A DNA stretch of 32,508 bases, taken from Folioceros fuciformis. Lineage: Eukaryota. The position numbers and the translations under genes are program-made. Position 1 is the first letter of the stretch. Each line of letters opens with the position of its first letter. Shown here piece after piece: positions 13,101 to 23,720 of this stretch. The stretch lies in NCBI GenBank assembly GCA_049999805.1, contig JBNGIO010005588.1, positions 1 through 32,508 on the forward strand. Direction: 5' to 3'. Under the pieces are notes generated by a model. The model was not told the origin of the DNA. It saw nothing but the letters and a program-made list of their open reading frames with translations, and ran no database searches.

Positions 13101-13382
13101 AGCAAACCAACACCAACATTACCGCTTCCACTACCAACCTTGGGCAAAGTATTCCTTCATCCTCCCAGCGCTTCGCCGATACCGAAGACACAGGTTTTGG
13201 TCAAGGGGTCCTCTTCTCCTCCGCCACAGCCCTCATCCCCAGCAGCTGAGGATGGGATTGATTCGGACTACGAATGGGATGACTTCCAGGAGTCCGGAAC
13301 ATCTGCAGAAGTCCCTTCAGAAGCCCCTGCAGATCTTTCTGAGTCTGCCGACACCGTCTCTGAGGCGATTGAAGCATCATGA
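7162..13382 (+). CDS. SWEETIE: SWEETIE / HEAT repeat-containing protein 5 (HEATR5/Laa1 family), ~2050 aa, no visible introns; interrupted by an assembly gap
   Basis: The N-terminus (VAQVEVIV..PPDALICFDLLSEL..CQRKAEDAL..RPVRRLAS..GDSISLYSRASSLQGWL) matches recalled plant SWEETIE. Family motifs include ALGCIHRNVGGM, VLGPELSPGS, QQLVLFAPQAV, RYPTRVFAAECL and LLEQYQAQ. ORF 7162-7692 continues into 7794-13382 across the gap. Confidence 0.95.
7693..7792. other. Assembly gap (100 N) inside SWEETIE
   Basis: Run of N. The frame change across it is consistent with an arbitrary placeholder length. Confidence 0.99.
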
Positions 13383-14037
13383 AGTGAGTTATCCGGACTC
13401 ACAGACAGTGATTTCGGATCGAGACATCGCCATCGCATGCTGCCTCTCCAATCTTGTCTCCACGTCCATGGAGGATTCTTGTCAGGTAACTCGACACGGC
13501 TTCTTGTGTTTCCTCTACGCGAGTATTTGGACATGCCCTTCCAACACCATGGTGTGCTGCTGTCAAGGCAGGATTGTTTAGGCGGATGAACCCAAGCGGG
13601 CGGGGCGGGTACAAAATCCAGGCCAGCTTGTTGCATAGAAACAGTCAAATCGAGATCGAATTGTTTTCCCATTCACGCCACGTGAAACAATTTTTGAAGA
13701 ATAGCGTTCAGATGAATTTATGCAAGGAAAGTCATGTTGGATCGCATCGACTAAAATCAGCCGACGTCAAACAAGGAATCCATGATCACATGGATACCCA
13801 ACAAGGGTCCAGAAAACTATAATCAGGACAGCAATTTGCTTCCGGCCAGACCTTACAAAACCTGGCCGCCTCAACAACTTTAACATAACATAACAGTGCT
13901 CCCTCCTACCAGACACGCCGAGCTGATCCACAACCAAACGCCCAGACACCATCGTCAGCTGCCTTTCGAAACAGCACGTACCAAAATGACAGACACGATC
14001 ATACACCGGAAGTTACCTTACAATCAAAACCGGGGCT

Positions 14038-14493
14038 CTACAAACGACGACCCCTGCGCCCTCCCTTTCTTCTGGTACTGTCCGTGGGAATAGGCGTCAC
14101 ATCCTCAATCCGCCCGATTTTCATTCCAGATCGGGCAAGCGCGCGCAGAGCAGACTGCGCACCGGGTCCAGGTGTCTTGGTCTTGTTTCCGCCTGTAGCC
14201 CTGAGCTTGATGTGCAGCGCCGTCAGCCCAAGCTCCTTGCACCTCTGCGCCACATCCTGCGCGGCAAGCATAGCCGCATAAGGCGACGCCTCGTCCCTGT
14301 CCGCCTTCACCTTCATCCCGCCAGTGACGCGAGCTATGGTCTCCTTCCCGGACAAGTCCGTCACGTGCACGAAGGTGTCGTTGAAGGAGGCGAAGATGTG
14401 CGCCACGCCAAAGACGAGCTCCCCCTCCCGCACAGTCGGTCCCAACGTCACGTTCTCCTCCTTCACCTCGCGTACCTTCTTCTTGCCCGACAT
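14038..14493 (-). CDS. RPS14: 40S ribosomal protein S14 (uS11), 151 aa, intronless CDS
   Basis: [88 protein letters not shown]. The true ATG is at 14493; the 84-aa extension in the ORF track is upstream sequence. Confidence 0.98.
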   Translation of the reverse strand: MSGKKKVREVKEENVTLGPTVREGELVFGVAHIFASFNDTFVHVTDLSGKETIARVTGGMKVKADRDEASPYAAMLAAQDVAQRCKELGLTALHIKLRATGGNKTKTPGPGAQSALRALARSGMKIGRIEDVTPIPTDSTRRKGGRRGRRL

Positions 14494-14607
14494 TTTGGCC
14501 AACGATCCTGCAACTCCTGACCTGCTTCTGCTCGCTCGATCGCTCGCTCGCTGAGATGGCCAGGAGCTAAAGACTTCGCCCAAACTCAATTGCAAGCCTT
14601 CTATGAG

Positions 14608-14646
14608 AAACCCTATGTTTCGTTCACTAGGGCTTGCCAATATATA
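14608..14646 (-). promoter_or_regulatory. Telo-box (AAACCCTA, 14608-14615) and TATA-like element (~14640-14646) upstream of RPS14
   Basis: Both motifs are seen directly. Telo-boxes are typical of plant ribosomal-protein promoters and 5' regions. Confidence 0.5.
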
Positions 14647-14895
14647 GAAGCCGGGGTCAGAAACAAAGCCAATTGAACCTGAAGGGTTTATAGAAATAAA
14701 AAAAAGAGATGGAATTGAGAGACTTACAGTTTTGGACAGTGCCAACCCAAATTTAATAACCCGATAAACATACTAATTGTATGTTTAGAACCAGAGGTCA
14801 GAGTCAGGATAACCCGAGTTGCAGAACCGGGCCTGGCCTGGTTGCTGGCTCCCTGATCTTCGGGCTGTGGTTGATGCCGCTGCGAGCTGGGCGAG

Positions 14896-17800
14896 ATGAA
14901 GGCGTCGGGCGTTGGGGGGACCGTGGTGGGAACGTTGTGTAATTCTTGGCAGGTTGGTTCTTTGGAGATGGAGGTGAGGAGCTGCCTGAGCGCCCCGGCG
15001 CCGCACTTGGGCCTCAAGCTGTGTCCTGCGAGATTGTGCAAATTGGACGTTGTGGGCGGAGTTTTGAGACGGGGGATGCCGGGCCTGGTTGGCGGGTTCA
15101 GGAATGTGGCATTGGGGCGGAGCGGCTGGGAGGCTCCCCGGTGCGGGGTCGTGGAAGAAGCGTTTCCCACGACTCGGACGCAGGTGGGTGCTGGGACGGC
15201 GGGGTGCGGGGATTATGGGGGAGCTGGATTGTGATGGTTGGTTGATTTGTGAGGTGGGCGCATTCTGCAGCGGATCATGGAGGCCGTGAGCGGCGGTGCG
15301 GAGGCTGGCGGAGCTGGAGGAAGCATGTCGTACGAAGCCTTGAAGAGGATGGACGAGCAGTGGCTTCGACTGCGGCAGGGGAGTGAGTCCGGGAGCGAAT
15401 CCGTGAGTGGGCCCGCCCCTGAGGTTGTGGGCAGGCGGCAGGGCCCCTGGAGGGAGTCGGGGATGGCGGAAAGGAGCTCCAGGGTGCTGGATGTTATGGT
15501 TTGCGGAGGAACGTTGGGCATTTTCGTGGCCACAGCCCTGGCCCTCAAAGGGCTCCGAGTAGGAGTTGTGGAGAAGGGAGTGCTTCGAGGGGTGTGTGGG
15601 TCGTGTTTTTTTGCAGCGCGCTGTCCTTTTAGGATTACAGCACGGTTGTTGCTACTGGGTATGGTTTGAGAATGGCTTGGGTTGGGTTGTCTTGTCGGGG
15701 AACAGAGAGTTCAGGAGTGGAATATATCCAGGAAGGAGCTATACGAGCTTGTGGGGTCAGGTGTGCTGAATGGACCTGAGGCTGAGAAGGTTATCAACAT
15801 TGAGTTCAATCCAGTGAGTATTCGACTGCCTCAGAATCTCGGTGATGATTCTGTTTGAAGGGATGGCTACTGGGTGGACGTGACGCGAGTCCTGTTCTGT
15901 AACTGATGGCATGTAGTTTCAATGCAGAACCGGTGTGGGTTCTATGATGGCACGGAGGTGTGGGTTCGAGACATATTGAATTTGGGAGTTTCGTGAGTTC
16001 TTTGACGATGGCCATGGTTGTGTAGCAAGTTTCTGTCTTGATTGGCAGGGGTGATGGAACTGGCCTTTGACTGTTTGCGACTTGGCAGGCCTGAAAGGCT
16101 GATAGAGACGGTGAAACAACGGTTTTTGAGGACTGGAGGTATGCTTATTGAGGGCACGGGGTTTACCAAATTAGATGTGTTCGATGACGGCACGGTGAGG
16201 TGCTTGAGTGCTTGCTGAATCAGTAGATGCTTGGCTCTCCTGTATGTGTCTCAAGTTTGTGAGATTGGGGTATGCGGCCTCATGACCCTTTGTCTTTGTT
16301 TCGTGAGGCAGATACTGTCGCTGGAGAATGGAGACAGGGTGGTTTCTCGTCTTGTTATTGATGCCATGGGAAATTACTCCCCGATTGTTAGCCAGGTCCG
16401 GTGACTGCCTGCGACGGTTCAGACTGTGTTTCTGTTCCTGTTGCTGCCCCTTTCATGTATGTCTGATTGGAGGTCTGGTGGGAACTCTGGCCAGATTAGG
16501 TGGGGACAGAGTCCAGATGGGGTTTGTCTTGTGGTTGGTACTTGTGCCCGGGGCTTTCAAAACAATTCTTTCAGTGATGTGATTTTCTCTAATTCTCCGG
16601 TGAGAGATGTTGGCGAGTCCAAGGTTCAGTACTTTTGGGAGGTGAGCGAACGATTTGCCACTCTTGGAACCGATTACTTGGATTGATCAACAACCAGCGT
16701 TTTCACAGAGTTGACTTGATTCGGAACAGGCATTTCCCTCTGGCTCTGGACCTACTGATCGGACCACTTACATGTTCACATACTTGGATGCAACTCCTGG
16801 TCGACCATCTCTGGAAGATCTCTTGGAGGATTATTGGGATTCAATGCCCAAGTACCAGGTTGGAAAAGGCTTCACTGAATGTCGTAGGTCATCTAAATTG
16901 ATGGCAAGCTTTCTGACAGGTTGCAGTACCTGCAGGGTATTCAGCTTGAAGACGTGGAGATCCTTAGAGTGCTTTTCGGTGTCTTTCCCACGTATCGGTC
17001 CAGGTAAGGGTTCGTTGTGTTTGTGGAATGACTTTGAGTTTCGTCTAGCTTGACACCTGTGTTATCCTCTGTGCTGGCTGCAGCCCATTGAAACCTGCAT
17101 TCGACCGAGTTTTGCAGGTATTAACTCCGAAAACTGTCAAGTAAGGTTTGAAGCTCTCTCTGCACAATGACATCTTCAAGGACCTTGCCATGCAGATTGG
17201 AGATGCAAGTGGAATACAGTCACCAATTTCTTTTGGGGGTTTTGGTGCCATTACGCGTCACTTGAAAAGATTAAGCGCTGGTAGGTTTCACTCGATTGAT
17301 ACTCTTGTCATGATGTTTCAGGAATTTGATGCATGTGATGTTTCCTCATCAATAGCTGGAACGATATGTTCTATCCAGGACTTCAAGAAGCCCTTGAAGG
17401 AGACTTCCTTGACAAGGAAAGCCTTGCTCTTATTAACTCCTATCAGGTACGTCCAACAGCCTGCATTTTGTAAATGTATGTATCGACCCCTATGTAACTT
17501 TTCAAGCACGTAACGTTGATGAGAAGTACGGAAGTACCCAACTATCTCTGTCTCGCCAGCCCAACTTGAGCGGAGCGTGGCTGTTGCAAAGGGCCATGTC
17601 TGTACGTCCAGGGAGGAGCCCTCGTCCAGAGTTCATCAACGACCTTCTGTCAGTCAACTTCCAAAGCATGCAGGTTGGGCAAACCGTCTGAATCTCCACA
17701 AAAACAGGGCTCCAGGGACCATCTTCAAGCCCTGACTCTGACTTGATTGTCCGTGATTTTTCCAGAAGCTTGGCGACCCAGTTATAAGGCCATTTCTCCA

Positions 17801-18366
17801 GGTGCCCTTCAAACGTTAGTTAAATTTTGTGAGTGATCATCTCTGCCATGAAGCCATGTTCTCGCATCTTCACGTGCGTGGCTCCTCCCGACCACCAGGA
17901 TGTCACGCAGTTCTGGGCATTGGCTAAGGTCATGGGCTCGATGATGATCAGCAGGCCGCAAATTCTACCAGAGATATTTTCCGAGGTGACTTTCCTTTGC
18001 ACCCTGTCAGTAGGTATTCCTTCCCTCCCATCACACGTGGTCGCCCAGACCCAGATCCTGATACCTTGCCTGCAGATCGGGCCAGTACCTCTGGTGGATT
18101 GGCTGGTGCATTTCATGGGACTGGGTGCATACACATTCCTAAGTTCTGCAGTCACTCCTGCGTTACGGTAAGCTCACTATCGATGAAGGACTCTCAAGAG
18201 GTTCAACTGGTGATGTGATTCTCTGAAGCCTACCACTGTTTTTCCTTATCGTGGTCACCATTTTGCCAGGCCCTGGGTCACTTCCCTCTCCAAAGAAGAC
18301 CAGTATGTCTGGAACAGACGATTTGAGGCATGGCAGTATGGTTCCGGCCTAGATTTCCACGCTTAG
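14896..18366 (+). CDS. CruP: CruP-like FAD-dependent oxidoreductase (lycopene cyclase paralog), probably plastid-targeted; 17 exons: 14896-15183, 15271-15591, 15706-15813, 15928-15992, 16089-16194, 16312-16395, 16495-16641, 16730-16858, 16936-17003, 17084-17117, 17196-17280, 17379-17446, 17560-17673, 17766-17801, 17899-17985, 18076-18167, 18270-18366
   Basis: The spliced translation gives TRTQ|RIMEAVSGGAEAGGAGG..SYEALKRMD, DVMVCGGTLG (FAD binding), QEWNISRKEL, DAMGNYSPI, PDGVCLVVGTCA, QYFWEAFP, RTTYMFTYLD, IGDASGIQSPISFGGFGAITRHL and AWQYGSGLDF. All introns are GT-AG. The N-terminal extension may be a transit peptide. Confidence 0.88.
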
Positions 18367-18791
18367 CCCTGAGGGAAAGGAGGAATCTTTTGATGAAATC
18401 AACGATTTTGGGCAAACAATTGGAATGAAAATGGTTGCGAACCACGCTCCTCTGAATGGCAGACTCTTGGATCACCCCCCCATCCACGAGTGAAGATCCT
18501 GCGCTACTGGATCCGAAGTCCAGATTGGTCGACTTAGTGCTCCGCAATCCATCCAGGCCCGGATGTGCCAAAGCTGACCAATTCCAACGCTATTCGAGGA
18601 ATGTGGTGCCTGCGAATCCTAGCGGCTGTTAAATTCCTTACGATCTGCAGTATAAATGATCCCGGTAGTCAGAACAGCAGCCAGAGCGACGACTTGGAAG
18701 CAGGCAAGCAGACGTGTGACTCGCCTGATGACGCAATACAATCGCGCGGGAAGAAGACAGAGTTAGGAGCAACAATAGTATAGTAGTCAAC

Positions 18792-21700
18792 ATGAACAAG
18801 AAGCAGCAGGAGGAGAGCCTGCGGCAGCGGACGCTGCTGGCTTTGCTGGGAGCTGCAGCAGGATTTGCTGTTGCCGCCAAGCTTCTCATCGACTTTCTGC
18901 GCAGGGCAGACCGAGGTGAACATTCCGTGAGCTGCGTCCACACGTCAGTGCACAAGTCCTGAGCCAGTGGTGGAAGTTCCACTGGGTTCGGTGGTTGATT
19001 TTCCGGATTGCATGTAGTAGAGAATAATTGCATACTGCTTTTGGAGCTGCGCTGGCCAAAATTCCATGGACTGTCTTGTCTTTCGTGTATGGTACCAGAA
19101 CTGGCCTGTTAATGTAGGATGAAGGTGAGTGACTTCGTTAGTGGACACGTTGGTAATTTGAGGGTGTCCATCTCCCCTGTCAGGACTAGGCTGGAAGTCC
19201 TAGGCTGTTGCAACCTGCACCTCGTAAATTGTCTAGTGTCTGCCTTGTTTTTGAGTGAAGTGTGAAAATTGTCTGCGCCCTTCGAATGAGGAAACTGGGT
19301 TTTCGTACCGCAAGGTGGCTACCTTGAGTATCTCAACACTGAAGTCATGATTACATGAGCGAAGCTTCCTTTTCAGGGTCCCGTTGTGGCCTGGCAGGTG
19401 TACCGCCTGGCATTGTCGTCCCAATCAATCTGACTCCGGAAGAGATCTGGAATCAGGCTGAGGAGGTGATTGCACGGTCACAAAGAGTCCATGACGCGGT
19501 TGCAGCTGTGCCACTCGATGAGGTATGATTGTTGTTGCCGGCTTGAATTTACTTGAGTTTCTCAGTGGTGGCAACTGAGAGAGGAAAGGGAGTGCGTGAT
19601 GGGGAGTGGGGTTCCTTGCTTTGTACATGCAGGTATCATATGCAAATGTAATTGCTCCTTTGGCGAACCTGGAAAATGAAGAGTTTGCTCAGATTCAAGG
19701 CTGTGTATTTCCTGGACTAGTAGCGGTCTTGAAGGAGGTTCGAGATGCGAGCTCAGAGGCAGAGAAGAAGATTGATGCCTACAATGTGAAGTGCAGGTTG
19801 TGCCCCCATTATGTGGAAAAAGGAACGATTAGTTAAGTGCTGACTTGGGAACACTTCTCAACTCCATCCTTGTCGGTCCTTGCTGCAGTATGCGTGAGGA
19901 TGTCTATAGTGCCGTTAAGGCGTTCTCTCTGAAGAAGCTCAAGCTGATGCCGGAAGCTCAACGCTTTGTTGATCGCCTGGTCAGTATTTGGAGTCAGATA
20001 GCCCCTCTTTGTTTGGGGTTGGACCCTCAAAATGCCTATTCTACGCAAAGATATGGGTTCGCAAGAGTGTAAGTATGTTGAGTTATATTGTCGAATGTTA
20101 AGGTTAGAGACTACGAGAGACTAGGTCTGAGTCTAAGCAAGGAAACCAGAGAGCGGGTACAACAGCTGAAGACGAGTATTGGAGAAAGCTGTATTCGCTT
20201 TCAGCAGAATCTCAATGAAGACAACACGGTGCTTCTCTTTACAGAGGATAAGCTGGCAGGAATGCCTGCTGATTTCATTAAGGTTTGCAAGCTCGCAGCC
20301 TATTGTTGATATTGCTCCTCATTAGCTATCAGATCTCCACTGCTTTCTGCTGTAAACCTTGTGGGCCTCGTTCTCGCTTTGCTTAGGAGCTCAATCGAAC
20401 AAAAGATGGGAAGCTGGAAGTGAGCTTGAAGTATCCTCACTACTTTCCCATCATGGAGCAATGCAAGGTCATCTCCTAGATTTGTTTTTGTTACAACCAG
20501 GCATTCTAGGAATACAGATACATTCCCTGGAGAATCTAACTCTGCCCTACATACTTTCCACATTCTGATATCTGTGTACTGCAACAGGTGAGTGCCACAA
20601 GGAGAGAAGTGTCCTCTGCTTTTGATCGGAGATGTTTGAAAGAAAATCTACCAATTCTAGAAAGAGTGGTAAGTACTTTCCAGGCCTCCTGAATCGATGA
20701 GGGATGTCTGACAGAAGTATGTTCGGCATAAGGGAACAATCTGTGCCAACCAGGATGGCAACATCCTGGTTGGCCCAAATTGTTTCTTTGTGCAGGATAC
20801 TCATGCTTTACTAGATGATTTGCGATGTACTGACCTCAATGGTGATGCAGGTCGAGATGAGACATGAGATGGCCAAATTGTTGGGTTACAAGAATCATGC
20901 AGAATATTCCATAGCAATCCGCATGGCGAAGACACCAGAAAAGGTGATAGATTGTGAAGGACGTTCTGCATCTGGCACAGGCTACTCTTTTGTACCTGAG
21001 TATGAGCTGTGACCGGAAGTGTTTGGCATTATATTACACTCTTACCAGAAGTTTGCAATGTTCTCGTATTCACATTATGGTGTAATGCTGGACAGGTGAA
21101 AGAGTTTTTGGAAAGTGTTTCAAGTAGGATCTCAGTCCTGGCCAACAAGGAGCTGCAAGTACTCAAAGCACTGAAGGTCCATACCCAACACCGTGAAGAA
21201 GCATCTTCTATGTTGTTGAAGGCAAGTAGATCAATATTTTTACAGCGTTAGATGGTCTCAAACGGTAGTCACTCTGTGCAGAAAGAAGAGGAAGGTTATG
21301 ACAGCTTTGGAATGGCAGATCTGCGATACTATATGCGTAAAGCTGAGGAAATCGAGTATCAGGTGGACTATGAGAAAGTTAAGGAGTACTTTCCCATGGA
21401 AGTTGTGACTCACGGTCTTTTGAAAATATACCAAGACCTTCTTGGTATGAAGGTCCTCTTGATAGTTTGGCATGATATCATCATTTATATTTGATGAAGA
21501 CAAAAATTGTTGCCATTAGATTGTAATCAGTGTAGCATTGACTTGACAGGCTTAAAATTCTCAGTATTGAGTCATCCAAAGGTTTGGCATCCAGAAGTCC
21601 GATTGTTCTCTGTTTCTGATTCGGATACAGGGGAGTTAATGGGATATTTCTACCTTGACCTCTATCCTCGGTAGGTTGGCCTGTTATTTGAATGAATGAC

Positions 21701-23397
21701 CGTCGTTAACCGTGTCTGTTCCAATTAGCTGACATTTTTCCCGCCTTCTGAACAGTGAGGGGAAGTATGGCCATGCGTGTGTCTGTTCATTACAACCTGG
21801 TTGTGTGCAAGAAAATGGGGAGCGAATGGTATGTTAGGCAACTATCTCTGTGCTACTTTGTTTGATTGTCTGAGGTTGGGAGAGCTGCAGTTTACATCTG
21901 CTGTCCTTCGCGTTGTGTGGTCTTTCTGCAGTTGCCAGTTGGTGCCATGCTTGCAAACTTTCCTAAACCAAGTAAAGGGAAACCATCATTGCTTGGACAT
22001 TCTGAGGTGGAGACATACTTCCATGAGTTCGGACATCTGGTATGTATGTTCCTCGTGTGTTAGAGATGTGCAACTCCCGTTTTGACTTGCCCTTGTTAGC
22101 CTTCAGATATACCGTGGAAAGGTTTCTTCACAGTTAAACATCCTTCAGACTCAACCTTAATTGTAAAAACGTGCTTGCAGATGCATCACCTCTGCAGCCG
22201 GTCTGCATTTTCACGCTTTTCTGGCCTTAGAGTTGAAGACGACTTTGTTGAAGCTCCCAGCCAGATGCTGGAAAACTGGTGACAATCCTTTGTGTGCTGT
22301 GTCGGTACCTTGTTGTAGAACCGCTCTAGAATGGGTTTAAGCTTTATGGCTCCCAGGTGCGTGGAAAAGGAATCCTTGAAGCTTATGAGTGGCTTCTACA
22401 AGGCATGCATATCATCCGCTTTTGTGGCCATTTTGTGCAGTACTTGATGAGTTGTTTGGAAAGAGTTTTGTTACCGGTGTTTTCATATCTTGAATGGTAA
22501 TTCCCATGCCTTTTGCAGGATATTAAGCAACCTGTTCCAGATGCAATATGCGATGCCTTAATGGCTAAAAAGAGAGCGCACGCTGGGCTATTAACCAAGA
22601 GGCAGCTGCTTTTTGGTGTGTTCTTACACTTGGCCTAAGGCTGACCTGTTATGCTATACTTACGTAGAGCGGATCTTCGTCGTAGTTCTAGCTTGACACC
22701 GTCTAAAATGTGTGGGCTTTGAGTTATTCCGTTCTTGCATGGACAGGCCTCCTTGACCAAGCCATTCATACCTCTGAGCAGGCAGACACTACAGCCATCC
22801 TTAGAGAGCTGCATCCGCAGGTAGACATACGTCCATTGAAGGTTTACAGGATCATGTCATGTTTTAATCATCGCACGTATTGGTGTCTTCATCTGCTATT
22901 TCTTAGGCTCCAAAGGACTTGGCAGGTTATGGAGGGTATCCCACTTGAAGAAGGAACTAACTTCAGTGCTTCCTTCAGTCACTTGGTTGGCGGTTATGAT
23001 GCTGCCTACTACGGATACCTGTGGAGTGAGGTGAAGGCAGCATACGCTTGACCCTAACCACGTTCAGAGCATCCTACGCCTTGGACCTAACTGCGGGGCA
23101 TCTGCATTGCAGGTTTTCTCTGCTGACATGTTTGACGCCAAATTTAAGGGTAATGTCCTTAGCACCGCGGCTGGGCGGGAGTACAGAGAAAAGGTTCATT
23201 CCTGCCCATTTGTGAATATGCTCGACGTCAGAAAAATGCATTTGCACAAGATAGGACTGGTTACTGATCATCCTGTTCATGTTTCATTCCAGGTCCTAGC
23301 TCCTGGAGCACAGATTGATGCTGCCCAGATTGTAAAGAACTTTTTGGGTAGAGACCCCTCTGAGGAAGCCTTTTTGAGGAGCAAAGGCATCATTTAA
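18792..23397 (+). CDS. M3A-family zinc metallopeptidase (thimet oligopeptidase/neurolysin-like); 20 exons approx.: 18792-18915, 19377-19522, 19633-19796, 19889-19979, 20103-20282, 20388-20468, 20588-20668, 20851-20943, 21096-21176, 21282-21444, 21550-21670, 21756-21828, 21932-22039, 22181-22278, 22357-22402, 22519-22615, 22747-22820, 22926-23030, 23113-23193, 23293-23397
   Basis: HEFGH zinc motif at 22022-22036. Other motifs: [66 protein letters not shown] and [13 protein letters not shown]. Confidence 0.93.
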
Positions 23398-23720
23398 TCC
23401 AGCTGCATCATGAAACTCAACTGTTTTGCGAATGAATAGCAGCACAACCGCAATACCAGGAAACATCGTACTGATGCCATTCTATATGATCTAGTATACC
23501 GGTACTCGCTCCTTTCCAGGCTTCTTGCTTCTGTCCTGCGTAGCCAATTTTGTTGGGCAACAACGGTTTCCCCATGTTCCTGAAAGCACGAAGATCCGTT
23601 ACAGTTCACACGCTAGTAAACCCGTAACCGGTATATCATGGCTGTGGACACGTTCAGAAACTCATCCCATTCATAACAGCCGATTATTTTTCGCACACTA
23701 ACACTACTTTGTAAACTTAC

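Noticed and set aside
14494..14745. 84-aa N-terminal extension of RPS14
   Set aside because: It starts at a non-ATG codon and covers promoter/UTR-like sequence. The conserved protein begins at the ATG at 14493.
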